A DNA stretch of 64,000 bases from Eledone cirrhosa. Lineage: Eukaryota. Position numbers and translations under genes: made by a program. A model generated the notes under the pieces. The model was not told the origin of the DNA. It did not search any database and worked only from the letters and a program-made list of their open reading frames with translations. Below, in pieces: positions 30,267-44,689 of this stretch (position 1 is the first letter of the stretch; each line of letters begins with the position of its first letter). Location of the stretch: assembly GCA_964016885.1 (NCBI GenBank), contig OZ024742.1, forward strand, positions 241,552,001-241,616,000, in the 5' to 3' direction.

Positions 30267-33200
30267 ATGGAACTCCAAGCCACCAACAGAAATGGAACTC
30301 CAAGCCACCAACAGAAATGGAACTCCAAGCCACCAACAGAAATGGAACAACAAGCCACCAACAGAAATGGAAATCCAAGCCACCAACAGAAATGGAACTC
30401 CAAGCCACCAACAGAAATAGAACTCCAATCTACCAACAGAAATGGAACACCAATCTACCAACAGAAATGGAACTCCAAGCCACCAACAGAAATGGAACTC
30501 CAAGCCACTAACAGAAATGGAACTCCAAGCCACCAACAGAAATGGAACTCCAAGCCACCAACAGAAATGGAACTCCAAGCCACCAACAGAAATGGAACTC
30601 CAAGCCACCAACAGAAATGGAACTCCAAGCCACCAACAGAAATGGAACTCCAAGCCACCAACAGAAATGGAACTCCAAGCCACCAACAGAAATGGAACTC
30701 CAAGCCACCAACAGAAATGGAACTCCAAGCCACTAACAGAAATGGAACGCCAAGCCACCAACAGAAATGGAACTCCAAGCCACTAACAGAAATGGAACTC
30801 CAAACCACCAACAGAAATGGAACTCCAAGCCACCAACAGAAATGGAACTCCAAGCCACCAACAGAAATGGTAAAACAAGCCACCAACAGAAATGGAACTC
30901 CAAGCCACCAACAGAAATGGAACTCCAAGCCACCAACAGAAATGGAACTCCAAGCCACCAACAGAAATGGGACAACAAGCCACCAACAGAAATTGAACTC
31001 CAAGCCACCAACAGAAATGGAACTCCAAGCCAACAACAGAAATGGAACTCCAAGACACCAACAGAAATGGAACTCCAAGCCACCAACAGAAATGGAACTC
31101 CAAGCCACCAACAGAAATGGAACAACAAGCCACCAACAGAAATGGAACAACAAGCCACCAACAGAAATGGAACTCCAAGCCACCAACAGAAATGGAACTC
31201 CAAGCCACCAACAGAAATGGAACTCCAAGCCACCAACAGAAATGGAACAACAAGCCATCAACAGAAATGGAACTCCAAGCCACCAACAGAAATGGAACTC
31301 CAAGCCACCAACTGAAATGGAACTCCAAGCCAACAACAGAAATGGAACTCCAAGCCATCAACAGAAATGGAACTCCAAGCCACCAACAGAAATGGAACTC
31401 CAAGCCACCAACAGAAATGGAACAACAAGCCACCAACAGAAATGGAAATCCAAGCCACCAACAGAAATGGAACTCCAAGCCACCAACAGAAATAGAACTC
31501 CATCTACCAACAGAAATGGAACTCCAAGCCACCACCAGAAATGGAACTCCAAGCCACCAACAGAAATAGAACTCCAATCTACCAACAGAAATGGAACTCC
31601 AAGCCACCAACAGAAATGGAACTCCAAGCCACTAACAGAAATGGAACTCCAAGCCAACAACAGAAATGGAACTCCAAGCCACCAACATAAATGGATCTCC
31701 AAGCCACCAACAGAAATGGAACTCCAAGCCACCAACAGAAATGGAACTCCAAGCAACTAACATAAATGGAACTCCAAGCCACCAACAGAAATGGAACTCC
31801 AAGCCACTAACAGAAATGGAACTCCAAACCACCAACAGAAATGGAACTCCAAGCCACCAACAGAAATGGAACTCCAAGCCACCAACAGAAGTGGAACTCC
31901 AAGCCACTAACAGAAATTGAACTACAAGTCACTAACAGAAATGGAACTCCAAACCACCAACAGAAATGGAACTCCAAGCCACTAACAGAAATTGAACTAC
32001 AAGCCACCAACAGAAATGGAACGCCAAGCCACTAACACAAATGGAACTCCAAGCCACTAAGAGAAATGTAACTCCAAGCCACCAACAGAAATGGAACTCC
32101 AAGCCACCAACAGAAATGGAACTCCAAGCCACCAACAGAAATGGAACTCCAAGCCACCAACAGAAATGGAACAACAAGCCACCAACAGAAATGGAAATCC
32201 AAGCCACCAACAGAAATGGAACTCCAAGCCACCAACAGAAATAGAACTCCAATCTACCAACAGAAATGGAACACCAATCTACCAACAGAAATGGAACTCC
32301 AAGCCACCAACAGAAATGGAACTCCAAGCCACTAACAGAAATGGAACTCCAAGCCACCAACAGAAATGGAACTCCAAGCCACCAACAGAAATGGAACTCC
32401 AAGCCACCAACAGAAATGGAACTCCAAGCCACCAACAGAAATGGAACTCCAAGCCACCAACAGAAATGGAACTCCAAGCCACCAACAGAAATGGAACTCC
32501 AAGCCACCAACAGAAATGGAACTCCAAGCCACCAACAGAAATGGAACTCCAAGCCACTAACAGAAATGGAACGCCAAGCCACCAACAGAAATGGAACTCC
32601 AAGCCACTAACAGAAATGGAACTCCAAACCACCAACAGAAATGGAACTCCAAGCCACCAACAGAAATGGAACTCCAAGCCACCAACAGAAATGGTAAAAC
32701 AAGCCACCAACAGAAATGGAACTCCAAGCCACCAACAGAAATGGAACTCCAAGCCACCAACAGAAATGGAACTCCAAGCCACCAACAGAAATGGGACAAC
32801 AAGCCACCAACAGAAATTGAACTCCAAGCCACCAACAGAAATGGAACTCCAAGCCAACAACAGAAATGGAACTCCAAGCCACCAACAGAAATGGAACTCC
32901 AAGCCACCAACAGAAATGGAACTCCAAGCCACCAACAGAAATGGAACAACAAGCCACCAACAGAAATGGAACAACAAGCCACCAACAGAAATGGAACTCC
33001 AAGCCACCAACAGAAATGGAACTCCAAGCCACCAACAGAAATGGAACTCCAAGCCACCAACAGAAATGGAACAACAAGCCATCAACAGAAATGGAACTCC
33101 AAGCCACCAACAGAAATGGAACTCCAAGCCACCAACTGAAATGGAACTCCAAGCCAACAACAGAAATGGAACTCCAAGCCATCAACAGAAATGGAACTCC

Positions 33201-33910
33201 AAGCCACCAACAGAAATGGAACTCCAAGCCACCAACAGAAATGGAACAACAAGCCACCAACAGAAATGGAAATCCAAGCCACCAACAGAAATGGAACTCC
33301 AAGCCACCAACAGAAATAGAACTCCATCTACCAACAGAAATGGAACTCCAAGCCACCACCAGAAATGGAACTCCAAGCCACCAACAGAAATAGAACTCCA
33401 ATCTACCAACAGAAATGGAACTCCAAGCCACCAACAGAAATGGAACTCCAAGCCACTAACAGAAATGGAACTCCAAGCCAACAACAGAAATGGAACTCCA
33501 AGCCACCAACATAAATGGATCTCCAAGCCACCAACAGAAATGGAACTCCAAGCCACCAACAGAAATGGAACTCCAAGCAACTAACATAAATGGAACTCCA
33601 AGCCACCAACAGAAATGGAACTCCAAGCCACTAACAGAAATGGAACTCCAAACCACCAACAGAAATGGAACTCCAAGCCACCAACAGAAATGGAACTCCA
33701 AGCCACCAACAGAAGTGGAACTCCAAGCCACTAACAGAAATTGAACTACAAGTCACTAACAGAAATGGAACTCCAAACCACCAACAGAAATGGAACTCCA
33801 AGCCACTAACAGAAATTGAACTACAAGCCACCAACAGAAATGGAACGCCAAGCCACTAACACAAATGGAACTCCAAGCCACTAAGAGAAATGTAACTCCA
33901 AGCCACCAAC
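30267..33910 (+). repeat. Higher-order duplication, period 1824 bp (73 monomers - 1 bp)
   Basis: Near-identical 497-aa ORFs at 30267 and 32091. Both copies share the GGTAAAAC variant and the 1-bp deletion monomer GAACTCCATCTACC. Confidence 0.9.
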
Positions 33911-36900
33911 AGAAATGGAACTCCAAGCCACCAACAGAAATGGAACTCCAAGCCACCAACATAAATGGAACTCCAAGCCACCAACAGAAATGGAACTCCA
34001 AGCCACCAACAGAAATGGAACTCCAAGCCACTAACAGAAATGGAACGCCAAGCCACCAACAGAAATGGAACTCCAAGCCACTAACAGAAATGGAACTCCA
34101 AGCCACCAACAGAAATGGAACTCCAAGCCACCAACAGAAATGGAACAACAAGCCACCAACAGAAATGGAACTCCAAGCCACCAACAGAAATGGAACTCCA
34201 AGCCACCAACTGAAATGGAACTCCAAGCCACCAACAGAAATGGAACAACAAGCCACCAACAGAAATGGAACTCCAAGCCACCAACAGAAATGGAACTCCA
34301 AGCCACCAACAGAAATGTAACTCCAAGCCATCAACAGAAATGGAACTCCAAACCACCAACAGAAATGGAACTCCAAGCCACCAACAGAAATGGAACAACA
34401 AGCCACCAACAGAAATGGAAATCCAAGCCACCAACAGAAATGGAACTCCAAGCCACCAACAGAAATAGAACTCCAATCTACCAACAGAAATGGAACTCCA
34501 AGCCACCAACAGAAATGGAACTCCAAGCCACCAACATAAATGGAACTCCAAGCGACCAACAGAAATGGAACTCCAAGCCACTAACAGAATTGGAACTCCA
34601 AACCACCAACAGAAATGGAACTCCAAGCCACCAACAGAAATGGAACTCCAAGCCACCAACAGAAATGGAACTCCAAGCCACTAACAGAAATTGAACTACA
34701 AGTCACTAACAGAATTGGAACTCCAACCCACCAACAGAAATGGAACTCCAAGCCACCAACAGAAATGGAACGCCAAGCCACTAACCCAAATGGAACTCCA
34801 AGCCACCAACAGAAATGGAACTCCAAGCCACCAACAGAAATGGAACTCCAAGCCACCAACAGATATGGAACTCCAAGCCACCAACAGAAATGGAACTCCA
34901 AGCCACTAACACAATTGGAACTCGAAGCCACCAACAGAAATGGAACTCCAAGCCACCAACAGAAATGGAACCCCAAGCCACCAACAGAAATGGAACTTCA
35001 AGCCACCAACAGAAATGGAACGTCAAGCCACTAACACAAATGGAACTCCAAGCCACCAACAGAAATGGAACTCCAAGCCACCAACAGAAATGGAACTCCA
35101 AGCCACCAACAGAAATGGAACAACAAGCCACCAACAGAAATGGAACTCCAAGCCACCAACAGAAATGGAACTCCAAGCCACCAACAGAAATGGAACTCCA
35201 AGCCACCAACAGAAATGGAACAACAAGCCATCAACAGAAATGGAACTCCAAGCCACCAACAGAAATGGAACTCCAAGCCACCAACTGAAATGGAACTCCA
35301 AGCCAACAACAGAAATGTAACTCCAAGCCATCAACAGAAATGGAACTCCAAGCCACCGACAGAAATGGAACTCCAAGCCACCAACAGAAATGGAACTCCA
35401 AGCCACCAACAGAAATGGGACAACAAGCCACCAACAGAAATGGAACTCCAAGCCACCAACAGAAATGGAACTCCAAGCCAACAACAGAAATGGAACTCCA
35501 AGCCACCAACAGAAATGGAACTCCAAGCCACCAACAGAAATGGAACTCCAAGCCACCAACAGAAATGGAACAACAAGCCACCAACAGAAATGGAACTCCA
35601 AGCCACCAACAGAAATGGAACTCCAAGCCACCAACAGAAATGGAACTCCAAGCCACCAACAGAAATGGAACAACAAGCCATCAACAGAAATGGAACTCCA
35701 AGCCACCAACAGAAATGGAACTCCAAGCCACCAACTGAAATGGAACTCCAAGCCAACAACAGAAATGTAACTCCAAGCCATCAACAGAAATGGAACTCCA
35801 AGCCACCAACAGAAATGGAACTCCAAGCCACCAACAGAAATGGAACAACAAGCCACCAACAGAAATGGAAATCCAAGCCACCAACAGAAATGGAACTCCA
35901 AGCCACCAACAGAAATAGAACTCCATCTACCAACAGAAATGGAACTCCAAGCCACCACCAGAAATGGAACTCCAAGCCACCAACAGAAATAGAACTCCAA
36001 TCTACCAACAGAAATGGAACTCCAAGCCACCAACAGAAATGGAACTCCAAGCCACTAACAGAAATGGAACTCCAAGCCACCAACAGAAATGGAACTCCAA
36101 GCCACCAACATAAATGGAACTCCAAGCCACCAACAGAAATGGAACTCCAAGCCACTAACAGAAATGGAACTCCAAACCACCAACAGAAATGGAACTCCAA
36201 GCCACCAACAGAAATGGAACAACAAGCCACCAACAGAAATGGAACTCCAAGCCACCAACAGAAATGGAACTCCAAGCCACCAACTGAAATGGAACTCCAA
36301 GCCACCAACAGAAATGGAACAACAAGCCACCAACAGAAATGTAACTCCAAGCCATCAACAGAAATGGAACTCCAAACCACCAACAGAAATGGAACTCCAA
36401 GCCACTAACAGAAATGGAACTCCAAGCCACCAACAGAAATGGAACTCCAAGCCACCAACAGAAATGGAACTCCAAGCCACCAACAGAAATGGAACTCCAA
36501 GCCACCAACATAAATGGAACTCCAAGCCACCAACAGAATTGGAACTCCAAGCCACCAACAGAAATGGAACTCCAAGCAACTAACATAAATGGAACTCCAA
36601 GCGACCAACAGAAATGGAACTCCAAGCCACTAACAGAATTGGAACTCCAAACCACCAACAGAAATGGAACTCCAAGCCACCAACAGAAATGGAACTCCAA
36701 ACCACCAACAGAAATGGAACTCCAAGCCACTAACAGAAATTGAACTACAAGTCACTAACAGAATTGGAACTCCAACCCACCAACAGAAATGGAACTCCAA
36801 GCCACCAACAGAAATGGAACTCCAAGCCACCAACAGAAGTGGAACTCCAAGCCACTAACAGAAATTGAACTACAAGTCACTAACAGAAATGGAACTCCAA

Positions 36901-39900
36901 ACCACCAACAGAAATGGAACTCGAAGCCACTAACAGAAATTGAACTACAAGCCACCAACAGAAATGGAACGCCAAGCCACTAACACAAATGGAACTCCAA
37001 GCCACTAAGAGAAATGTAACTCCAAGCCACCAACAGAAATGGAACTCCAAGCCACCAACAGAAATGGAACTCCAAGCCACCAACATAAATGGAACTCCAA
37101 GCCACCAACAGAAATGGAACTCCAAGCCACCAACAGAAATGGAACTCCAAGCCACTAACAGAAATGGAACGCCAAGCCACCAACATAAATGGAACTCCAA
37201 GCCACCAACAGAAATGGAACTCCAAGCCACCAACAGAAATGGAACTCCAAGCCACTAACAGAAATGGAACGCCAAGCCACCAACAGAAATGGAACTCCAA
37301 GCCACTAACAGAAATGGAACTCCAAGCCACCAACAGAAATGGAACTCCAAGCCACCAACAGAAATGGAACAACAAGCCACCAACAGAAATGGAACTCCAA
37401 GCCACCAACAGAAATGGAACTCCAAGCCACCAACTGAAATGGAACTCCAAGCCACCAACAGAAATGGAACAACAAGCCACCAACAGAAATGGAACTCCAA
37501 GCCACCAACAGAAATGGAACTCCAAGCCACCAACAGAAATGTAACTCCAAGCCATCAACAGAAATGGAACTCCAAACCACCAACAGAAATGGAACTCCAA
37601 GCCACCAACAGAAATGGAACAACAAGCCACCAACAGAAATGGAAATCCAAGCCACCAACAGAAATGGAACTCCAAGCCACCAACAGAAATAGAACTCCAA
37701 TCTACCAACAGAAATGGAACTCCAAGCCACCAACAGAAATGGAACTCCAAGCCACCAACAGAAATAGAACTCCAATCTACCAACAGAAATGGAACTCCAA
37801 GCCACCAACAGAAATGGAACTCCAAGCCACCAACAGAAATGGAACTCCAAGCCACCAACAGAAATGGAACTCCAAGCCACCAACAGAAATGGAACTCCAA
37901 GCCACCAACATAAATGGAACTCCAAGCCACCAACAGAATTGGAACTCCAAGCCACCAACAGAAATGGAACTCCAAGCAACTAACATAAATGGAACTCCAA
38001 GCGACCAACAGAAATGGAACTCCAAGCCACTAACAGAATTGGAACTCCAAACCACCAACAGAAATGGAACTCCAAGCCACCAACAGAAATGGAACTCCAA
38101 GCCACCAACAGAAATGGAACTCCAAGCCACTAACAGAAATTGAACTACAAGTCACTAACAGAATTGGAACTCCAACCCACCAACAGAAATGGAACTCCAA
38201 GCCACCAACAGAAATGGAACGCCAAGCCACTAACCCAAATGGAACTCCAAGCCACCAACAGAAATGGAACTCCAAGCCACCAACAGAAATGGAACTCCAA
38301 GCCACCAACAGATATGGAACTCCAAGCCACCAACAGAAATGGAACTCCAAGCCACTAACACAATTGGAACTCGAAGCCACCAACAGAAATGGAACTCCAA
38401 GCCACCAACAGAAATGGAACCCCAAGCCACCAACAGAAATGGAACTTCAAGCCACCAACAGAAATGGAACGTCAAGCCACTAACACAAATGGAACTCCAA
38501 GCCACCAACAGAAATGGAACTCCAAGCCACCAACAGAAATGGAACTCCAAGCCACCAACAGAAATGGAACAACAAGCCACCAACAGAAATGGAACTCCAA
38601 GCCACCAACAGAAATGGAACTCCAAGCCACCAACAGAAATGGAACTCCAAGCCACCAACAGAAATGGAACAACAAGCCATCAACAGAAATGGAACTCCAA
38701 GCCACCAACAGAAATGGAACTCCAAGCCACCAACTGAAATGGAACTCCAAGCCAACAACAGAAATGTAACTCCAAGCCATCAACAGAAATGGAACTCCAA
38801 GCCACCGACAGAAATGGAACTCCAAGCCACCAACAGAAATGGAACTCCAAGCCACCAACAGAAATGGGACAACAAGCCACCAACAGAAATGGAACTCCAA
38901 GCCACCAACAGAAATGGAACTCCAAGCCAACAACAGAAATGGAACTCCAAGCCACCAACAGAAATGGAACTCCAAGCCACCAACAGAAATGGAACTCCAA
39001 GCCACCAACAGAAATGGAACAACAAGCCACCAACAGAAATGGAACTCCAAGCCACCAACAGAAATGGAACTCCAAGCCACCAACAGAAATGGAACTCCAA
39101 GCCACCAACAGAAATGGAACAACCAGCCATCAACAGAAATGGAACTCCAAGCCACCAACAGAAATGGAACTCCAAGCCACCAACTGAAATGGAACTCCAA
39201 GCCAACAACAGAAATGTAACTCCAAGCCATCAACAGAAATGGAACTCCAAGCCACCAACAGAAATGGAACTCCAAGCCACCAACAGAAATGGAACAACAA
39301 GCCACCAACAGAAATGGAAATCCAAGCCACCAACAGAAATGGAACTCCAAGCCACCAACAGAAATAGAACTCCATCTACCAACAGAAATGGAACTCCAAG
39401 CCACCACCAGAAATGGAACTCCAAGCCACCAACAGAAATAGAACTCCAATCTACCAACAGAAATGGAACTCCAAGCCACCAACAGAAATGGAACTCCAAG
39501 CCACTAACAGAAATGGAACTCCAAGCCACCAACAGAAATGGAACTCCAAGCCACCAACATAAATGGAACTCCAAGCCACCAACAGAAATGGAACTCCAAG
39601 CCACTAACAGAAATGGAACTCCAAACCACCAACAGAAATGGAACTCCAAGCCACCAACAGAAATGGAACAACAAGCCACCAACAGAAATGGAACTCCAAG
39701 CCACCAACAGAAATGGAACTCCAAGCCACCAACTGAAATGGAACTCCAAGCCACCAACAGAAATGGAACAACAAGCCACCAACAGAAATGTAACTCCAAG
39801 CCATCAACAGAAATGGAACTCCAAACCACCAACAGAAATGGAACTCCAAGCCACTAACAGAAATGGAACTCCAAGCCACCAACAGAAATGGAACTCCAAG

Positions 39901-42900
39901 CCACCAACAGAAATGGAACTCCAAGCCACCAACAGAAATGGAACTCCAAGCCACCAACATAAATGGAACTCCAAGCCACCAACAGAATTGGAACTCCAAG
40001 CCACCAACAGAAATGGAACTCCAAGCAACTAACATAAATGGAACTCCAAGCGACCAACAGAAATGGAACTCCAAGCCACTAACAGAATTGGAACTCCAAA
40101 CCACCAACAGAAATGGAACTCCAAGCCACCAACAGAAATGGAACTCCAAACCACCAACAGAAATGGAACTCCAAGCCACTAACAGAAATTGAACTACAAG
40201 TCACTAACAGAATTGGAACTCCAACCCACCAACAGAAATGGAACTCCAAGCCACCAACAGAAATGGAACTCCAAGCCACCAACAGAAGTGGAACTCCAAG
40301 CCACTAACAGAAATTGAACTACAAGTCACTAACAGAAATGGAACTCCAAACCACCAACAGAAATGGAACTCGAAGCCACTAACAGAAATTGAACTACAAG
40401 CCACCAACAGAAATGGAACGCCAAGCCACTAACACAAATGGAACTCCAAGCCACTAAGAGAAATGTAACTCCAAGCCACCAACAGAAATGGAACTCCAAG
40501 CCACCAACAGAAATGGAACTCCAAGCCACCAACATAAATGGAACTCCAAGCCACCAACAGAAATGGAACTCCAAGCCACCAACAGAAATGGAACTCCAAG
40601 CCACTAACAGAAATGGAACGCCAAGCCACCAACAGAAATGGAACTCCAAGCCACTAACAGAAATGGAACTCCAAACCACCAACAGAAATGGAACTCCAAG
40701 CCATCAACAGAAATGGAACAACAAGCCACCAACAGAAATGGAACTCCAAGCCACCAACAGAAATGGAACTCCAAGCCACCAACTGAAATGGAACTCCAAG
40801 CCACCAACAGAAATGGAACAACAAGCCACCAACAGAAATGGAACTCCAAGCCACCAACAGAAATGGAACTCCAAGCCACCAACAGAAATGTAACTCCAAG
40901 CCATCAACAGAAATGGAACTCCAAACCACCAACAGAAATGGAACTCCAAGCCACCAACAGAAATGGAACAACAAGCCACCAACAGAAATGGAAATCCAAG
41001 CCACCAACAGAAATGGAACTCCAAGCCACCAACAGAAATAGAACTCCAATCTACCAACAGAAATGGAACTCCAAGCCACCAACAGAAATGGAACTCCAAG
41101 CCACCAACAGAAAAAGAACTCCAATCTACCAACAGAAATGGAACTCCAAGCCACCAACAGAAATGGAACTCCAAGCCACTAACAGAAATGGAACTCCAAG
41201 CCACCAACAGAAATGGAACTCCAAGCCACCAACAGAAATGGAACTCCAAGCCACCAACAGAAATGGAACTCCAAGCCACCAACATAAATGGAACTCCAAG
41301 CCACCAACAGAATTGGAACTCCAAGCCACCAACAGAAATGGAACTCCAAGCAACTAACATAAATGGAACTCCAAGCGACCAACAGAAATAGAACTCCAAG
41401 CCACTAACAGAATTGGAACTCCAAACCACCAACAGAAATGGAACTCCAAGCCACCAACAGAAATGGAACTCCAAGCCACCAACAGAAATGGAACTCCAAG
41501 CCACTAACAGAAATTGAACTACAAGTCACTAACAGAATTGGAACTCCAACCCACCAACAGAAATGGAACTCCAAGCCACCAACAGAAATGGAACGCCAAG
41601 CCACTAACCCAAATGGAACTCCAAGCCACCAACAGAAATGGAACTCCAAGCCACCAACAGAAATGGAACTCCAAGCCACCAACAGAAATGGAACTCCAAG
41701 CCACCAACAGAAATGGAACTCCAAGCCACTAACACAATTGGAACTCGAAGCCACCAACAGAAATGGAACTCCAAGCCACCAACAGAAATGGAACCCCAAG
41801 CCACCAACAGAAATGGAACTCCAAGCCACCAACAGAAATGGAACGTCAAGCCACTAACACAAATGGAACTCCAAGCCACCAACAGAAATGGAACTCCAAG
41901 CCACCAACAGAAATGGAACTCCAAGCCACCAACAGAAATGGAACAACAAGCCACCAACAGAAATGGAACTCCAAGCCACCAACAGAAATGGAACTCCAAG
42001 CCACCAACAGAAATGGAACTCCAAGCCACCAACAGAAATGGAACAACAAGCCATCAACAGAAATGGAACTCCAAGCCACCAACAGAAATGGAACTCCAAG
42101 CCACCAACTGAAATGGAACTCCAAGCCAACAACAGAAATGTAACTCCAAGCCATCAACAGAAATGGAACTCCAAGCCACCAACAGAAATGGAACTCCAAG
42201 CCACCAACAGAAATGGAAGAACAAGCCACCAACAGAAATGGAAATCCAAGCCACCAACAGAAATGGAACTCCAAGCCACCAACAGAAATAGAACTCCATC
42301 TACCAACAGAAATGGAACTCCAAGCCACCACCAGAAATGGAACTCCAAGCCACCAACAGAAATAGAACTCCAATCTACCAACAGAAATGGAACTCCAAGC
42401 CACCAACAGAAATGGAACTCCAAGCCACTAACAGAAATGGAACTCCAAGCCACCAACAGAAATGGAACTCCAAGCCACCAACATAAATGGAACTCCAAGC
42501 CACCAACAGAAATGGAACTCCAAGCCACCAACAGAAATGGAACTCCAAGCAACTAACATAAATGGAACTCCAAGCCACCAACAGAAATGGAACTCCAAGC
42601 CACTAACAGAAATGAAACTCCAAACCACCAACAGAAATGGAACTCCAAGCCACCAACAGAAATGGAACTCCAAGCCACCAACAGAAATGGAACTCCAAGC
42701 CACTAACAGAAATTGCACTACAAGCCACCAACAGAAATGGAACGCCAAGCCACTAACACAAATGGAACTCCAAGCCACTAAGAGAAATGTAACTCCAAGC
42801 CACCAACAGAAATGGAACTCCAAGCCACCAACAGAAATGGAACTCCAAGCCACCAACATAAATGGAACTCCAAGCCACCAACAGAAATGGAACTCCAAGC

Positions 42901-44150
42901 CACCAACAGAAATGGAACTCCAAGCCACTAACAGAAATGGAACGCCAAGCCACCAACAGAAATGGAACTCCAAGCCACTAACAGAAATGGAACTCCAAAC
43001 CACCAACAGAAATGGAACTCCAAGCCACCAACAGAAATGGAACAACAAGCCACCAACAGAAATGGAACTCCAAGCCACCAACAGAAATGGAACTCCAAGC
43101 CACCAACTGAAATGGAACTCCAAGCCACCAACAGAAATGGAACAACAAGCCACCAACAGAAATGGAACTCCAAGCCACCAACAGAAATGGAACTCCAAGC
43201 CACCAACAGAAATGTAACTCCAAGCCATCAACAGAAATGGAACTCCAAACCACCAACAGAAATGGAACTCCAAGCCACCAACAGAAATGGAACAACAAGC
43301 CACCAACAGAAATGGAAATCCAAGCCACCAACAGAAATGGAACTCCAAGCCACCAACAGAAATAGAACTCCAATCTACCAACAGAAATGGAACTCCAAGC
43401 CACCAACAGAAATGGAACTCCAAGCCACCAACAGAAATAGAACTCCAATCTACCAACAGAAATGGAACTCCAAGCCACCAACAGAAATGGAACTCCAAGC
43501 CACTAACAGAAATGGAACTCCAAGCCACCAACAGAAATGGAACTCCAAGCCACCAACAGAAATGGAACTCCAAGCCACCAACAGAATTGGAACTCCAAGC
43601 CACCAACAGAAATGGAACTCCAAGCAACTAACATAAATGGAACTCCAAGCGACCAACAGAAATGGAACTCCAAGCCACTAACAGAATTGGAACTCCAAAC
43701 CACCAACAGAAATGGAACTCCAAGCCACCAACAGAAATGGAACTCCAAGCCACCAACAGAAATGGAACTCCAAGCCACTAACAGAAATTGAACTACAAGT
43801 CACTAACAGAATTGGAACTCCAACCCACCAACAGAAATGGAACTCCAAGCCACCAACAGAAATGGAACGCCAAGCCACTAACCCAAATGGAACTCCAAGC
43901 CACCAACAGAAATGGAACTCCAAGCCACCAACAGAAATGGAACTCCAAGCCACCAACAGAAATGGAACTCCAAGCCACCAACAGAAATGGAACTCCAAGC
44001 CACTAACACAATTGGAACTCGAAGCCACCAACAGAAATGGAACTCCAAGCCACCAACAGAAATGGAACCCCAAGCCACCAACAGAAATGGAACTCCAAGC
44101 CACCAACAGAAATGGAACGTCAAGCCACTAACACAAATGGAACTCCAAGC
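33900..44150 (+). repeat. Distal higher-order domain, periods 3449, 3374 and 2274 bp
   Basis: ORF offsets 34581/38030 (3449), 38030/41404 (3374), 41404/43678 (2274). Variants CTACAAGTCACT, CCAACCCACC, CTAACCCAAA and GGAACGTCAA are concentrated here. Confidence 0.88.
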
Positions 44151-44689
44151 CACTAACAGAAATGGAACTCCAAGCCACCAACAGAAATGGAACTCCAAGC
44201 CACCAACAGAAATGGAACTCCAAGCCACTAACAGAAATGGAACTTCAAGCCACCAACAGAAATGGAACTCCAAGCCACTAACAGAAATGGAGCTCCAATC
44301 CACCAACAGAAATGGAACTCCAAGCCAACAACAGAAATGGAACTCCAAGCCCACATCTATCCCACAGCAAAATTATCCCCCGTTGCAGTAATGCTGGTTA
44401 AGATTTTTCACAAAGGTACAAAAACACAATCAAAAGTGGAAACTATAACCTTATCCATCAGTGCAACTACACCTCCAATATGCAACTGTTCCCTAATCAA
44501 GAAACCCTTTTTTTTTGACATGATGAACTTGGTAAAGAAGATACAAAAACCTTTTACCTAACACACAACGCAAACCTCTTCTATTATTCCTTTGCACTAC
44601 CCCCACCCCAGTATTATTGTCACTAACAAACAAACACAAAACAAGACCCCTAAAACAGTCAAATCAAGTCACTATTCTAGCTTCAAAAT

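Larger units (their letters stand above)
1..44351 (+). repeat. 25-bp tandem satellite array (GGAACTCCAAGCCACCAACAGAAAT)n, about 1770 monomers, open at the left window edge
   Basis: Head-to-tail 25-mer throughout, with only scattered substitutions and a few 1-bp indels. The monomer has 11 A, 8 C, 4 G and 2 T. The array ends at ...AACTCCAAGCC followed by unique sequence CACATCTATCCC. Confidence 0.99.

Noticed and set aside
1-44351. CRISPR array interpretation of the 25-bp repeat
   Set aside because: There are no unique spacers, monomers are directly head-to-tail, there are no cas genes, and the context is eukaryotic.
1-44351. Telomeric repeat or homology to human GGAAT satellites via AATGGAA
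   Set aside because: Only a 5-7 bp motif is shared and there is no TTAGG(G)-type repeat. This is insufficient for homology.
17-44391. Hundreds of ORFs (up to 1042 aa) in the satellite read as repeat proteins
   Set aside because: They overlap in all six frames and follow automatically from a T-poor 25-bp monomer. Stop-creating variants and frame-shifting indels are propagated freely.
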